From Eledone cirrhosa (lineage: Eukaryota): DNA of 64,000 bases. The notes under the pieces were generated by a model. It was not told the DNA's origin. It saw only the letters and a program-made list of their open reading frames with translations, and ran no database searches. A program made the position numbers and the translations under genes. The first letter of the stretch is position 1; every line of letters begins with the position of its first letter. Shown one piece after another: positions 51,801-64,000 of this stretch. Location: positions 226,548,001-226,612,000 of the forward strand of contig OZ024743.1 of the NCBI GenBank assembly GCA_964016885.1, given 5' to 3'.

Positions 51801-53703
51801 ATATATATATTCTTAAATTCTCTGAATGATAGAATGATATGAGAGGATATAGTTTAATATACAGTTTTTCCACCGTTTTTCATTATTAGTTCTAGTCTCA
51901 AAGGTTATACTAATCACATGTATTTTCTTTTATAACGAGATACTGTTCGGGTTAAAGAGACGTAAATGGTAATACATTTCAGAATATACCAAGGGGCAGG
52001 GGGAAAAGCTTGAGTTATTATACTGAATACGCAAAAATATTCTCTACAAATATACATACATTTTCTTCAAAGATAAATAAAAGATAAAACTTTTTATTTT
52101 TTGTCTAAAATATATAGCAAAATTTGAGCGAACGATGTATCATGTACTTGATTAATTCGAATAGCAGCGAAATATCCATGGAATAGCATGCCTGAAAAAG
52201 AATAGACATATTAAATAACCTGTTCTTAGATATACTTCATCTGAAAAAATACATGTGATGATTGTGGTTAGAAGGTTTATTTATAATTACTTATCTGCTG
52301 GATAAGAGATGGGACTAAACTATAACAACAACATCGAATCGAAACGAGCCCTGTAAATGTGAACTTCAAACTACATACCATTGATTTTATGATAGATAAA
52401 AATAAATTCATGAATATAAAGGTCAATGGCACTAATCGTAACAATTCACTGAATAAAAACGGGAACTATCCTTTATAAGGGATTTCAACGGTTAATTGGA
52501 AGAGTCATTAGAGCGTCCGATAGAAGGTTTTGTCGTATTTATTCCGACTAACAGAGCTCTGAGATTAAATGATACTAAAGTCAACTTTGTTTTTCGTCTT
52601 TTCAGGATCGATAAAAAAAAGTACTATTATAGAACGAGGACGATATTTTCTCTATGTATCTCTTTCGCATTTCCCCTCTCGTGGTCTCTCTTCCTGAGAA
52701 AGAAATCGGCTATACGACTATATTCAGACCATATGTTCTCTTGGGTTTGAAATGAACAACACTGACAGAATGTCATAACGGTGCCTCTATAAATCCTCCA
52801 TGATTTAAAGTTCCATCGCATGGCACTGTCTAAACGTGTAATAGTCTGGTGACAGGAAGAAGGATTTAAAGGACAGGGCCAAATCCTTCGTAACGCAGCT
52901 ACAACCACCAATCATCTGTTTTTCTAGTTTCTCTTAATCTCAGCAATGCTGGAATAATTCCAATGTAGCATACTTTATGCATGTCATGATACAAAGATGG
53001 GAATGCATGAATGAATATATTCAATTTTTGATAGAAAAACATAAAAGCGTTCAACAGACTCGTGTTAAAAATGTGCAGACACTTTTGTATGTTTCTTACC
53101 ACACATATATAAATACACACTCACAAGGACACACACACACACATAGACACATATGTATATATATATATATTTAGCCGAGAGACAGAGAGAGATACATATA
53201 TATTTATATTTATAGACACATTTCTATATATATATATATGTGTATGAATATATATGTATATATATCAAATTGAATAAGATATTAATATATGAACGACTTG
53301 TTATAGCCTGGCACCCTGATACACAAACTCCCACTGATACATACATGCATACACATACACACATCTATTCATCCACCCATACATATATACGAACAAACAT
53401 TCACACATGAAAAGAGTGATACAGCTCTCATTTTATTTTTTCATCTATTTCAGACACATGTTATATTTCTTTCCATTGTTCTCAAGAACATTCTAGAAAT
53501 CTATTTTGTATTCCAACAGACCAGGCTAACACAGGCGTAGAAGATATTAATAACACGAAAATGGCTATTGTGTTGTAAGAAAAACCAGTGAGATATTACA
53601 TATCGTGTTGTTTGTGGGGGATTTTATCCTGCAATGATATCTCCTTCTATATTATGTATACACCCACACGCACAAGCAAACATAGACGCACACACACATA
53701 CAA

Positions 53704-53747
<44 letters not shown>

Positions 53748-53828
53748 GTGTGTGTGCATGTATGTATGTTAAAGTAGGTAAAAGGATGTATGACATGTTT
53801 CAGTTATATATAGATACGTGCACTCACA

Positions 53829-53878
<50 letters not shown>

Positions 53879-54258
53879 TATATTTATATGAATACATGTA
53901 TTTATGTATGTATGCATGTATGTATGATGTGTTTATGTATGTGAATGCATATTTCCGGGATCGAGGGTATGTTTTTGCTAAGAAAAGGGTCTGTAAATGA
54001 GCACAATCGGTCAAGTACTCAAATGTGGATAATGTAGTATGTTGGCATTCTAGTGTAATCACATTTGCAAGATTTATTCCATTTCTTGTATTTGATACAC
54101 ATATACATACAAACCTACATTTGTATATATATATATTTTTTTATTTTTACATAGATACATAGATACATACATACATCACACGCACGCACACGTATACATA
54201 TATATATATATATGTATGTATATATGTCCGTGGGTTTGATGGCGGGTGTATATATATC

Positions 54259-54329
<71 letters not shown>

Positions 54330-55049
54330 TTGCGTGTCTGTTGTGTGTAGGGGTGTTTGTGAGTGTGCGTGTATATGCGTGTGTGTACTTGTATATCTGT
54401 GCGTTTGTGTGCGAATATTTCAAAACAGAAACGAATGATCTACGGTGCATAATAAAAATAATAAATAAATAAAATAGTCCATTCTTGGTGTTCATTATAG
54501 TCATCTAACACTGCGAGATTTAGGGAAATTGAATAACTTGTATACAATTTCCTATCTGATACATTGCGATTAACAAAAATTCAATCTCAAAGAAACTATT
54601 TTGGAATGATAATCATAAGTTATAGATTTTGGGGGGAATTTGTCAAATATAAGGAACATATCCCACGTAGCTATAACATTGAAAAACTAAGGAAAATATA
54701 TATATTGTATTTTGTATTTTTAGCTACAGAATATTTGAAATAAAAACGCGATGGCCGTGGCTGGAACACTTTTCATTGAACGTTTGTTTGTTAATGGATC
54801 GCAAAACAGCAGGACCAAATATAGAAGGTGCATATGTAAAAGCAATAGTGTACAGATACATTGCGAGTGAATTTCATGTTATTATTATTTTTGTTTCTAT
54901 GATCATATCAAATCTATGATCAAAGACATTCTACCTGTGATCGCCACATATATTTATATCCCAATGTGAACATTCATTTTTAAGACAGTGGGAGGTTATT
55001 TTACCAACGTTCACCTTTGTCTGTCTCCCGAGGTTATAGTGGTGAAACA

Positions 55050-55660
55050 AAAGAAATATGCGGACAAAACAAAACAAAACAATTTAGTTTGGGTTTCCTG
55101 GAATGTCAGAACAATCTGTGGCAGCAGTTCAAATCTGGAACGAAGATTAGCCCTTATGAGCAATGCATCCAATTGGTATAATATAGATATCTACGCCATA
55201 AGTAAAAACCAACTCCTTGGTGCATCTCAAATTGAAGTAATAGAAGAAGGGTACATAGTCTTCTGGTCCGGGAAAAAGTGAAGAAGATCAGTCAATTTAT
55301 CATTATATCTGACATTGTTAAATCCCTAATATCATTCTCCAAAGGTGACAATGATCGTCATGACTCTATGGAACTACCAAACAATACCTCTGTTACAATA
55401 GTCAGTTGTTACGCCCAAACTCTCTAGTCATCTGAACAAGATATTGAAACATGCTATGTTTAGCTTCGCACAGTGGCTTCAACTGTCCCATACAAGAGCT
55501 GGTTATCATAATAGGAGATTTCAGTGCAAGAGTTGGTAGTGATAATCCAACATAATATGACGTCCTTGTGTTTAATAGAGTTGAAGCTATGAACTAAATA
55601 GGGGATAGGTTGCTTTCACTCTGTAAGGATTTGTACTTAGTATTACTAATAACTTTACAC
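55050..55660 (+). pseudogene. Decayed RTE-type LINE APE endonuclease fragment
   Basis: SWNVRT..ERRLAL..YNIDIYAIS..GYIVFWSG, followed by TIVSCYA and IIGDFSARVG motifs with stops. Confidence 0.75.
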
Positions 55661-56006
55661 TTGATAGGTTTGATGCCGAGTGCTGCATGACAGGATTGGA
55701 AATCAGTGCTGCACAGTGAACTTTACATGTGAATTGAGTACAACTAAAGCAAGTGGATGAATTCAAATATCACGGCATCGTGTGTCTAAATAACAACACT
55801 TTAACCGTAACATATTTGTTCTATACAAAATTCGGATCGCATATTACATGATTGGTTCGAAAGCGACAAACGGAATAGTCAAACAGAAAATTCCTTTAAA
55901 TTTCAGCGTCGATCTCTGTACTCTTGGTGATGTCTGAATAATCATGATAGAGTTTCGTTGTTTCGCTTGAAATCAATAGAGTGGCAAAATAGAAAAAAAG
56001 ATGTTT

Positions 56007-56049
<43 letters not shown>

Positions 56050-56059
56050 ATATATATAT

Positions 56060-56131
56060 ATTTATTAAAATAACAGATCAAAGTTTAAGCAAAGAATCGT
56101 TGCTTTCACCCTTAACGGGATCTTCTGAAAC

Positions 56132-56133
<2 letters not shown>
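56060..56133. mobile_element. Left arm and loop of fold-back family F2
   Basis: TATTTATTAAAATAACAGAT..CCCTTAACGGGATCTTCTGAAACTC matches 25884-25958. Confidence 0.85.
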
Positions 56134-56182
<49 letters not shown>

Positions 56183-56508
56183 ATGTGTGTGTGTGTGTCT
56201 GTGTGTGTTCATACACACACACACATATATATAATATATATATATGTATATGTGTGTGTGTGTGTGTATACATATTTACATATATATATATAGATAAATA
56301 TATACTTATATATATAGGCTTATAAAATATTCATACAAACACACCACTATCAAAAATATATATCCATATATATGTATTTGTTTATTTTTTATCTATTATG
56401 TATGTGTGTATATACGTGTGGTTATGTAATATCCGTTCTTCGAGTTACCATAAGAGATAAATGCCTGAAACTCTATTAAAATTATATATATATGTATATA
56501 TATGTATG

Positions 56509-56628
<120 letters not shown>

Positions 56629-56669
56629 TATATGTGTGTGTGTGTGTGTGTGTCTACATATGAATACAT

Positions 56670-56775
<106 letters not shown>

Positions 56776-57185
56776 ATATATATATATATATACAAACACA
56801 CATCTTTATGTATATACATACATATGAATATAAATGTGTGTAAACACGCACACACAAGCACGCATAAAACAAATTCTGTTGCAAAAACAAAATTATACAA
56901 AACATGAAAATCAAATGAACGAGAAGACTATGCATATAAAATACCATAAAAAAGAAATTGTTTATTGCAGTTATTCCGTTATCAAACATCATCTTTACCG
57001 ATTTTAACCAATATACTTAACGTTACGTAATTCCAATCGAAACATTTGTTGCTAGTTTCCATTTGGACGTTTCGACACCAATCTATAACTATGGTGCACC
57101 AAATCTTATAATTCCACCAGCCAAAAGCTATTGTAATGTGGTATGAATAAAAAAATGTTTTTTTGAATCTTTAGATAATAAAATT

Positions 57186-57582
57186 AATAATGGTTTTTGA
57201 TTTAGGCACAAGGCCAGCAATGTTTTGTTGGGAGGGGAAAGTCGATTAAAAGACATCAGTGCATTGCTGGTGCTTTATTTTATCGACACCGTAAGGATGG
57301 ATGACAAAGCTTACCTTGTCGGGCTTTGAACTCAGAACGTAAAGGGCCACAACTCTATGCTACGAAGAATTTTGTCCGACGCTCTAGCGTTACTGTAATC
57401 CACCACCCTCAATAATAATAATAATAATGTTTTCTTATTTAGGCACAAGGCCAGCAATTTAAGGCAGGGGTTGATAAAGATGAAAGGCAAAGCTAACCTC
57501 GACAGGATTTGAACTCAGAACGTAAAGGGCCATAAATCTATGCTTCAAAGTATCGTTTCCAACGATCTACCTATACTGCCAA
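57186..57582 (-). mobile_element. Two tandem SINE family A copies
   Basis: Copies at ~57186-57410 and ~57424-57582. Confidence 0.8.
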
Positions 57583-57593
57583 TAATAAAAAAA

Positions 57594-58595
57594 TTATAAT
57601 GGTTTCTGATTTAGTCACATAGGGGTTACAGGAAGAGGACAATAAGTACAATATAGGACAGTACATTGTGAGGGGAAAGGTTTATAAATAAGACAGAAAA
57701 AAAACCATTTCAAATAAAAACATAACAAATTCCCCAAAAGCCCGGATACCTCAGAGGGTCACTCGGGAAGAAAGCGCACAAAAGCCCATGGTAACCTTGA
57801 CCACTAGGGCATGTGCCCTCTCTAAGATATTCTCATCCAAATTACAGGCACAAATTCAGAACGATCCCATTCACTTGGACCATGCTCGCTTTCTCTCATC
57901 CACATGGCAACTAATTGGTTGGAAGGCAGTATTTCCCTATTCAAACTGACTTTGCTCTTCAGGTGAAACCTGAAAAAGGTAATCAGAGCTTCACTGAAGA
58001 GGAATTGTTGTTTCGCCATGGCCACCGGCCATATAAAAACTGCCTGCTCTTGCCCTATAAAGTATGACGGTTGGACGATCTTCACAATGGACACAGTTGA
58101 TAGCCGGATTCATGGCAGCAGGTGTTTGATATAAAGCTAAAGGTCAGCACAGTGAGGGAATGCAGGACGATTTCGTCACTTTGCTAACATCTTGGACAGG
58201 CCTGGCTAACGGCACTTCCATGCCTGAAGAATTTATCTCCAACTGGCAAAGCTACACTGTAGAACTGCCAAGCCCGAGATTACTGGAAGTTATCCATTGG
58301 ACCAGGACTGTAAGTTCTCTGGAAAAGAGTGCTTAGATGGTTTTTTCGGCACGACGGTCAGTCGGTAGTAGATAACGGACGTGAAGTACGCGTTCACAAC
58401 TTCTGCCCCAGAGATTAGCCACCCTGATTATATTGTATTGTATAAGGTGACAATCTGGAGGTTGTCGTGAATGGGTCTATCCGGAATGGCATATGTTTGT
58501 GCCTCTACTACCAAAACACCAAGTGCCACTCTCATCGCTAACACCTTGGCCAAAATCTTAAACCATGCCTTTAAACTGGGCCTGAAATTATTCAC
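57594..58595 (-). mobile_element. Degraded, internally deleted Tx1-like LINE remnant (relative of 15070-20721)
   Basis: ORF 57822-58094 (SIVKI..VAMAK..ALITFFRFHLK.K) aligns with 20067-20357. Further patches match ILAKVL, AYFTSVIYYRLTVVP and NFQ.SLAWQ. The 3' UTR is homologous. Confidence 0.8.
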
Positions 58596-59218
58596 TTATA
58601 TTTAATACGTTACTTATTATTTGTGAGAGAGAGTGGGAGAGGAAAAGAGAGATCAATGGAAATCAGATGACAAGATGAAAATGCATGATACACAGGGCTG
58701 AGGCGTATTGCTTAGAGGTGTTCGGCTTAAGTTATACTCGAAAGCATGTATTCAAAGGGACGACCTTTTCAAATAGTCTGTCGCACTGACCCGCTCTCGA
58801 GAAGTGCCTTAAGGGTACATATGCTTGTGGGATGGTCAGCTACTTAAGCGTTAATTCACAAGCAGTGTGGACTGTTGCGTTGATAAAACAACTGGAACAC
58901 GAATCATGGGGACTGACGGAGGACCAACATATATAAAACTTACCATGCCACTCGTAAAACAAAACTGCGTCAGATGTACTCATTTATTTCCTTATTTGTA
59001 ACGGTTTTATTCTATATAAGTTATTTCAGAAAATTAATAATTTAATATTGTTTTTCAATGTCTAGTCATCAATCAGTAGTTTTGTATTTATATATTTGAA
59101 TGTTGTATTTTAGAATACTGAGGTTTTCTTGTTGCTCGCACTGCCCGCAGTAATCTTTGGAATGATGTGTGCATAGCAAATAATAGTCACACGTATACAC
59201 ACATGGACATACGTACAA

Positions 59219-59301
<83 letters not shown>

Positions 59302-59440
59302 TACATGGATGCACAAACAGATGCATACATGAATATGTATATATTTGTGTTTATATATACATATATGTGTGTGTGAACATGTGTGCACATATCTAGTATA
59401 TGTACAAACATACGTACATACTTACACACACACACATACA

Positions 59441-59473
<33 letters not shown>

Positions 59474-59474
59474 C

Positions 59475-59516
<42 letters not shown>

Positions 59517-59859
59517 CATACGTATGAACATACATAAACAGACATAAGATATTTAAACTTTTTATCATATATATTTTCCTACTTTTTTCTATATTTTCTC
59601 GTTATTCCTCTTACGAAAATCCATCGAAAGATAATCACTAAAATGGTAAATAATTCAGTAGAAAATAACAACAATAACAACAAGAGCTCTATCAACAGAC
59701 AAAACCATCAACTGATTTGATGAAAGTCACTTTCAGCAATTTACCCAAAACCAAAACCAAGATCACAGATTTTCTTAACTTTCTGAACCAGAATTTTTCC
59801 TTTCCTTTCCGTTTCACCAGGTTTGTTCTTAAACTTGGCTTCTAGTATTCTTGTAGATG

Positions 59860-59978
59860 TTATTGTTGTTATGTTTGTTGTAGATGTTGTTATCGTTGTT
59901 ATATATATTGTTATTGTTATTGTTGCTGGTGGGGATCGTGGTGGTAATGGTTTGCTGGTAGTGGTGGTGGAGTTGGTG

Positions 59979-60010
<32 letters not shown>

Positions 60011-60247
60011 CGTGGTAGTGGTGTTGTTGTTGTTGGTGATGGTGGTGGTATTGGTGATGGTGTTGTTGTTGTTGGTAGTGGTGGAGGTATTGGTGATGGT
60101 GTCGTTGTTGGTGGTGGTGGTGGCGGTGGTGGGGGTTTTGTTGTTGTTGTTGTTGTTGCTTTTGTGGATGTTGTTAGTGGTCGTGGTGGCATAGGTAATG
60201 GCGTTGTTGCTGTTGTCTTTATTGGTGGCGGTGGTGGTGGTGGTGTT

Positions 60248-60278
<31 letters not shown>

Positions 60279-60523
60279 GTGGTGGTGGTGTTATTGTTGT
60301 TGTTGGTTTTATTGTTTCTGTTGTTGTTGGTGTTGGTGGTGGTTGTTGGGGTAATGTTAGTGCTTTTATTTTTATTAGTCTCTTTATTTCTAAGTATTGT
60401 ACACGTGATTTTTTGTTGTTGTTATGTTGATTGCTTGACTGACTGTGAATGTGTGTGTTTCTTCTTCTTCTTCTTCTCCTTCTTCTTCTTCTTCTTCTTC
60501 TTCTTCTTCTTCTTCTTCTTCTT

Positions 60524-60600
<77 letters not shown>
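59860..60600. repeat. (GTT/GGT)n low-complexity tract followed by (CTT)n(ACT)n
   Basis: Directly visible trinucleotide repeats. Source of the poly-L/V/T/S ORFs. Confidence 0.95.
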
Positions 60601-60601
<1 letters not shown>

Positions 60602-61531
60602 ATAACAATGTCGTTCCATTTTTGAACTTACATACACAATTGGTGGTATTAACAATACGAAAAAATACCTTTCGAAAATAACAGACCGTATGAGCAATGC
60701 GAAAGGATTCGGATAATTATATGTTTATTTTCTCTAACAAATAGGTAGATGAAGGCGATTCGTTTTTTTTTTAAGCAATAAAAACTTCGCAGACCTGACC
60801 AACGAAACAGATTTTTTTCCATTGGTCTTTCAATTGCTGATAGTAAATGTCGATCGCAAAATCTGACAGAAAGATGTAAGATTTGAATTCAGAACATATA
60901 AATCCGGATAAAATAACGCAAAGCACTCGTTCATCTCTGAACTACTGTTGATTTGACTGGTACATTTTTCTCGATTCCGAATGGATGAAAAGCAAAGTCG
61001 ATCTTGGCATGATTTAAAAACAAACACAGTGAACTTTTGCCCATAAAAATTCTGCCATTTTTTGCAGGGTATTAGAGCTTTACTCAGAATAGCAACTGAG
61101 CATAGGTGTTCAGCACTACGACAACTTAAATTTAACAGACAAACTTCAAAGTTGTTGCATTACTCATATTGTAATACGGTGATATGCATGTATTGGTACA
61201 GAGAAGGTCTTCGTGGATAGAACTGCTAGGTATCTTGCAGGATTATGCTACCGACGGCACGTGACGAAGTTTGAGGCCAGTCAGTCCTGTTTCTTCGTCT
61301 CCTACATATTTAGCTGGCTGCCATCGAAAAATCGACTTCCATCAATATAATTCATTCCGCATATCTGCAGCAATTCACAGTCATTAATACATAAATGTAT
61401 CGCTCTCCTCCACACTGCACATACACTACACATTCCCCAATAACATACAAGTGTCACAAACCGATATTCTCTAACGTAATATTGTACATGGTGCAGTATA
61501 TGAAGTAGAACGTCTCTGTTGAAATCGGGAT

Positions 61532-61713
61532 AGAAGAAGAAGAAGAAGAAGAAGAAGAAGAAGAAGAAGAAGAAGAAGAAGAAGAAGAAGAAGAAGAAGA
61601 AGAAGAAGAAGAAGAAAAAGAAGAAGAAGAAGAAGAAGAAGAAGAAGAAGAAGAAGAAGAAGAAGAAGAAGAAGAAGAAGAAGAAGAAGAAGAAGAAGAA
61701 GAAGAAGAAGAAA
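61532..61713. repeat. (GAA)n, ~60 units
   Basis: Near-pure run with one interruption. Confidence 0.95.
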
Positions 61714-62742
61714 ATCATTATCAGTTATAATAACAAAGCAATAGTAATATATATATATATAAATAAACGTTAAAAGATAATATAAATGATCTGCTTGATA
61801 TTTATTCTATAAATACTATACCATTATATGTGAGTATTGATATATCACGCTATAATTGCTATAGCACGCTATCAATATGTAAATATATGCTGTATAATTA
61901 ATGTATCCCGTTCCAAAAAACAGGGGAACATATCTGGGCAAAGGAAAAAAACATCGGAATTACAAAGACCTGAAGATAGATGATATGATAATGTGGCACG
62001 AGATACTGCAGGCAGTATTTGCTATCGTAATTGCGGATGATGAAACAGTAAATGAATTATACAATAAATATTTTAATTGATTTATTATTCATGAACAAAT
62101 ATCAAGGCTAACTTATTTGCGAATGTATGAAGATGTATAAAAACAGATACGAAAATGCCAAAACAGAAAGAGAACACCTCATATACAGAGTCACACCGAA
62201 AATATTGCAATACCAATAACGTCACATAAAATCAAAGATGACCTACAGCAATCTAAGGAAAGCATTAAACCAGAATTTTTGTTTTTTTTGTTTTTTGTCC
62301 TGCAGGGCCTCCAAAATCAACTACATACAAAATACATATGTCATTAGAAAAGAAATATATCATCACAATAGCAGCAAACAGAAATACAATGGAGGAAACA
62401 CACACAAAATAAAAATGACAATATTAAGTAAAACGCAACGCAAAAAACAAACAAGACATTACGACAAACATAATAAAACAACACAAATCCATTATATAAA
62501 TAAATATAACAATATATTGCTGACGAAGTAAATGCCTTATTTTATGGCAGAAGTATTCGCACATACTAACGGATTGAACCTTGCACCTGTTGCCGTAGTA
62601 TATGCATTTGTACAAACCCATATTGGGTTCCGGATTCTTAGTGCTACTGCTTCGTTATGAATATACATTTTGTAAACACTCCGAGTGTTTTGATCACAAC
62701 TTCGTAGCCAAGACTACGGAAAACAGTTTCCTATCGTCTTAG

Positions 62743-62774
<32 letters not shown>

Positions 62775-62788
62775 GGGGGGGGGGGGGG

Positions 62789-62901
62789 TTAACCACAGTA
62801 AGGTACTCAATACATAGCAGGGTATATAGAAATGGCTTCTACAGGACTAGATGATTTCTCCCGAATGAAACAATTCTAGTCCTGTAGAAGCCATTTCTAT
62901 A
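62789..62901 (-). mobile_element. Fold-back mini-element, family F3
   Basis: Arms TATAGAAATGGCTTCTACAGGACTAGA / TCTAGTCCTGTAGAAGCCATTTCTATA around TTTC-TCCCGAAT-GAAA. The tail contains GTACTCAATAC, as in F1. Confidence 0.75.
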
Positions 62902-62943
<42 letters not shown>

Positions 62944-62982
62944 TATCGATAATGTATATATATATATATATGTATATATATG

Positions 62983-63310
62983 ATGGCTGCCCCCTCGTTA
63001 TCGAGCATGGCCATTGCACGATATACCATTATTAATAATAATTAATTAATTCTATAGTGCAATGCCTGTGCGTGAAGATATTTTTTAAAGTGAGGAAAGG
63101 CTGAGCCAATCCCACTCTCTGAGCGACAGTAACTATAACCAGAAAAGAAGAAAAGATCCACATAATCGATAACTACTGAGCCGCAGGTATTATTTGGGAG
63201 TTATCCCAGTTTCCTGAGTTGCCTCCTCCTACATGAATGCCCTGACAATTGCTATGGACCCTTCACTCCCAGTAGTTTAACCGCGCGATTGGGTGTCCAG
63301 ACCGTCTATT
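62983..63310 (-). mobile_element. Probable decayed SINE or LINE 5' UTR-like repeat
   Basis: A GC-richer block between microsatellites that loosely resembles RTE-related SINE/UTR sequence. Single copy in this window. Confidence 0.3.
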
Positions 63311-63520
63311 TCTATGTCCCCGCGCATATACACACACATGCCCCCTGTATATACACATATACATACATGTGTATATACATATTTACACACTTTTGGATGG
63401 CCGTTGACTCTTATGAGTTCTTCCGCCCTTTGTCAGGTTTTGTTTTTTGTCCTGCGGGGTCTCCAAAATCACCCTCCTCACTAAGTAAACTTGGGGAGGT
63501 TGCCGGGTTAGTCGCTGACG

Positions 63521-63588
63521 AAATAGCTTCTACAGGACTAGAACATTTCTCCCGAATGAAACAGTTCCTTTTCACGTAGAAGCTATTT
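63521..63588. mobile_element. Second F3 fold-back copy
   Basis: AAATAGCTTCTAC / GTAGAAGCTATTT arms with the same central TTTCTCCCGAATGAAACA as 62825-62901. Confidence 0.7.
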
Positions 63589-63771
63589 ATTTATATACAT
63601 ATATATATAAATCGTATGGGGAATGAGATTTTAATATATTTCATATAAAATAATGCAGCCGATTATCCACACAACGTTTGATTGGGAATATACTCCGGTA
63701 TTTCCGAACGTTTGTTGAGTGGGGGAGAAATTGGTCGGTGTATCGCTGATAGCTTTCTCCGTTGATGTATT

Positions 63772-63829
<58 letters not shown>

Positions 63830-63862
63830 CATACATATAAATATATAAATATATATATATAT

Positions 63863-63950
<88 letters not shown>

Positions 63951-64000
63951 CCCGTATGACTTTAAAACCCGGTTCGTCTGTGTGTTTACATACAGACTAG

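Noticed and set aside
52496-52960. 84-94 aa ORFs in unique-looking sequence
   Set aside because: No recognisable domain or clear splice signals.
59823-60697. Hydrophobic poly-Leu/Val membrane-protein-like ORFs
   Set aside because: Translations of trinucleotide repeats.
62846-62882. CTAGATGA..GAAACAATTC read as a complete + strand hammerhead
   Set aside because: The apparent 5' core is just the diverged mirror of the GAAA arm, and the sister copy at 63521 lacks it.

Overview
AT-rich, microsatellite-saturated eukaryotic DNA with no confidently identifiable host gene. The (TA)n/(CA)n density and the SINE families suggest a cephalopod (octopus-like) genome, which is an inference. Most ORFs in the track are microsatellite artefacts. 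The real coding content is all decayed retrotransposons: a Dong/R4-type RLE LINE (~10.4-14.0 kb, -), a Tx1/L1-clade LINE (~15.1-20.7 kb, +) plus a remnant (~57.6-58.6 kb, -), a Penelope-like element (PLE; RT + GIY-YIG) with a 1.2 kb inverted arm (32.3-36.5 kb), a second PLE endonuclease fragment and two RTE fragments. Many tRNA-derived SINEs also occur, often head-to-tail. The most interesting layer is non-coding. By eye I find 12 type I hammerhead ribozyme (HHR) folds plus one lacking stem I, in about 7 unrelated families, mostly inserted in (TA)n. They include a near-perfect 466-bp x3.7 tandem array with one HHR per unit (retrozyme architecture), a 319-bp unit with an extended U3-A8 HHR and an ~826-bp partial tandem. 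About ten small fold-back elements also occur, and their symmetry axis often falls in the ribozyme stem II. Separately, the dominant SINE shares its 3' end with the Tx1-like LINE. All folds and alignments were read manually and none has been computed.
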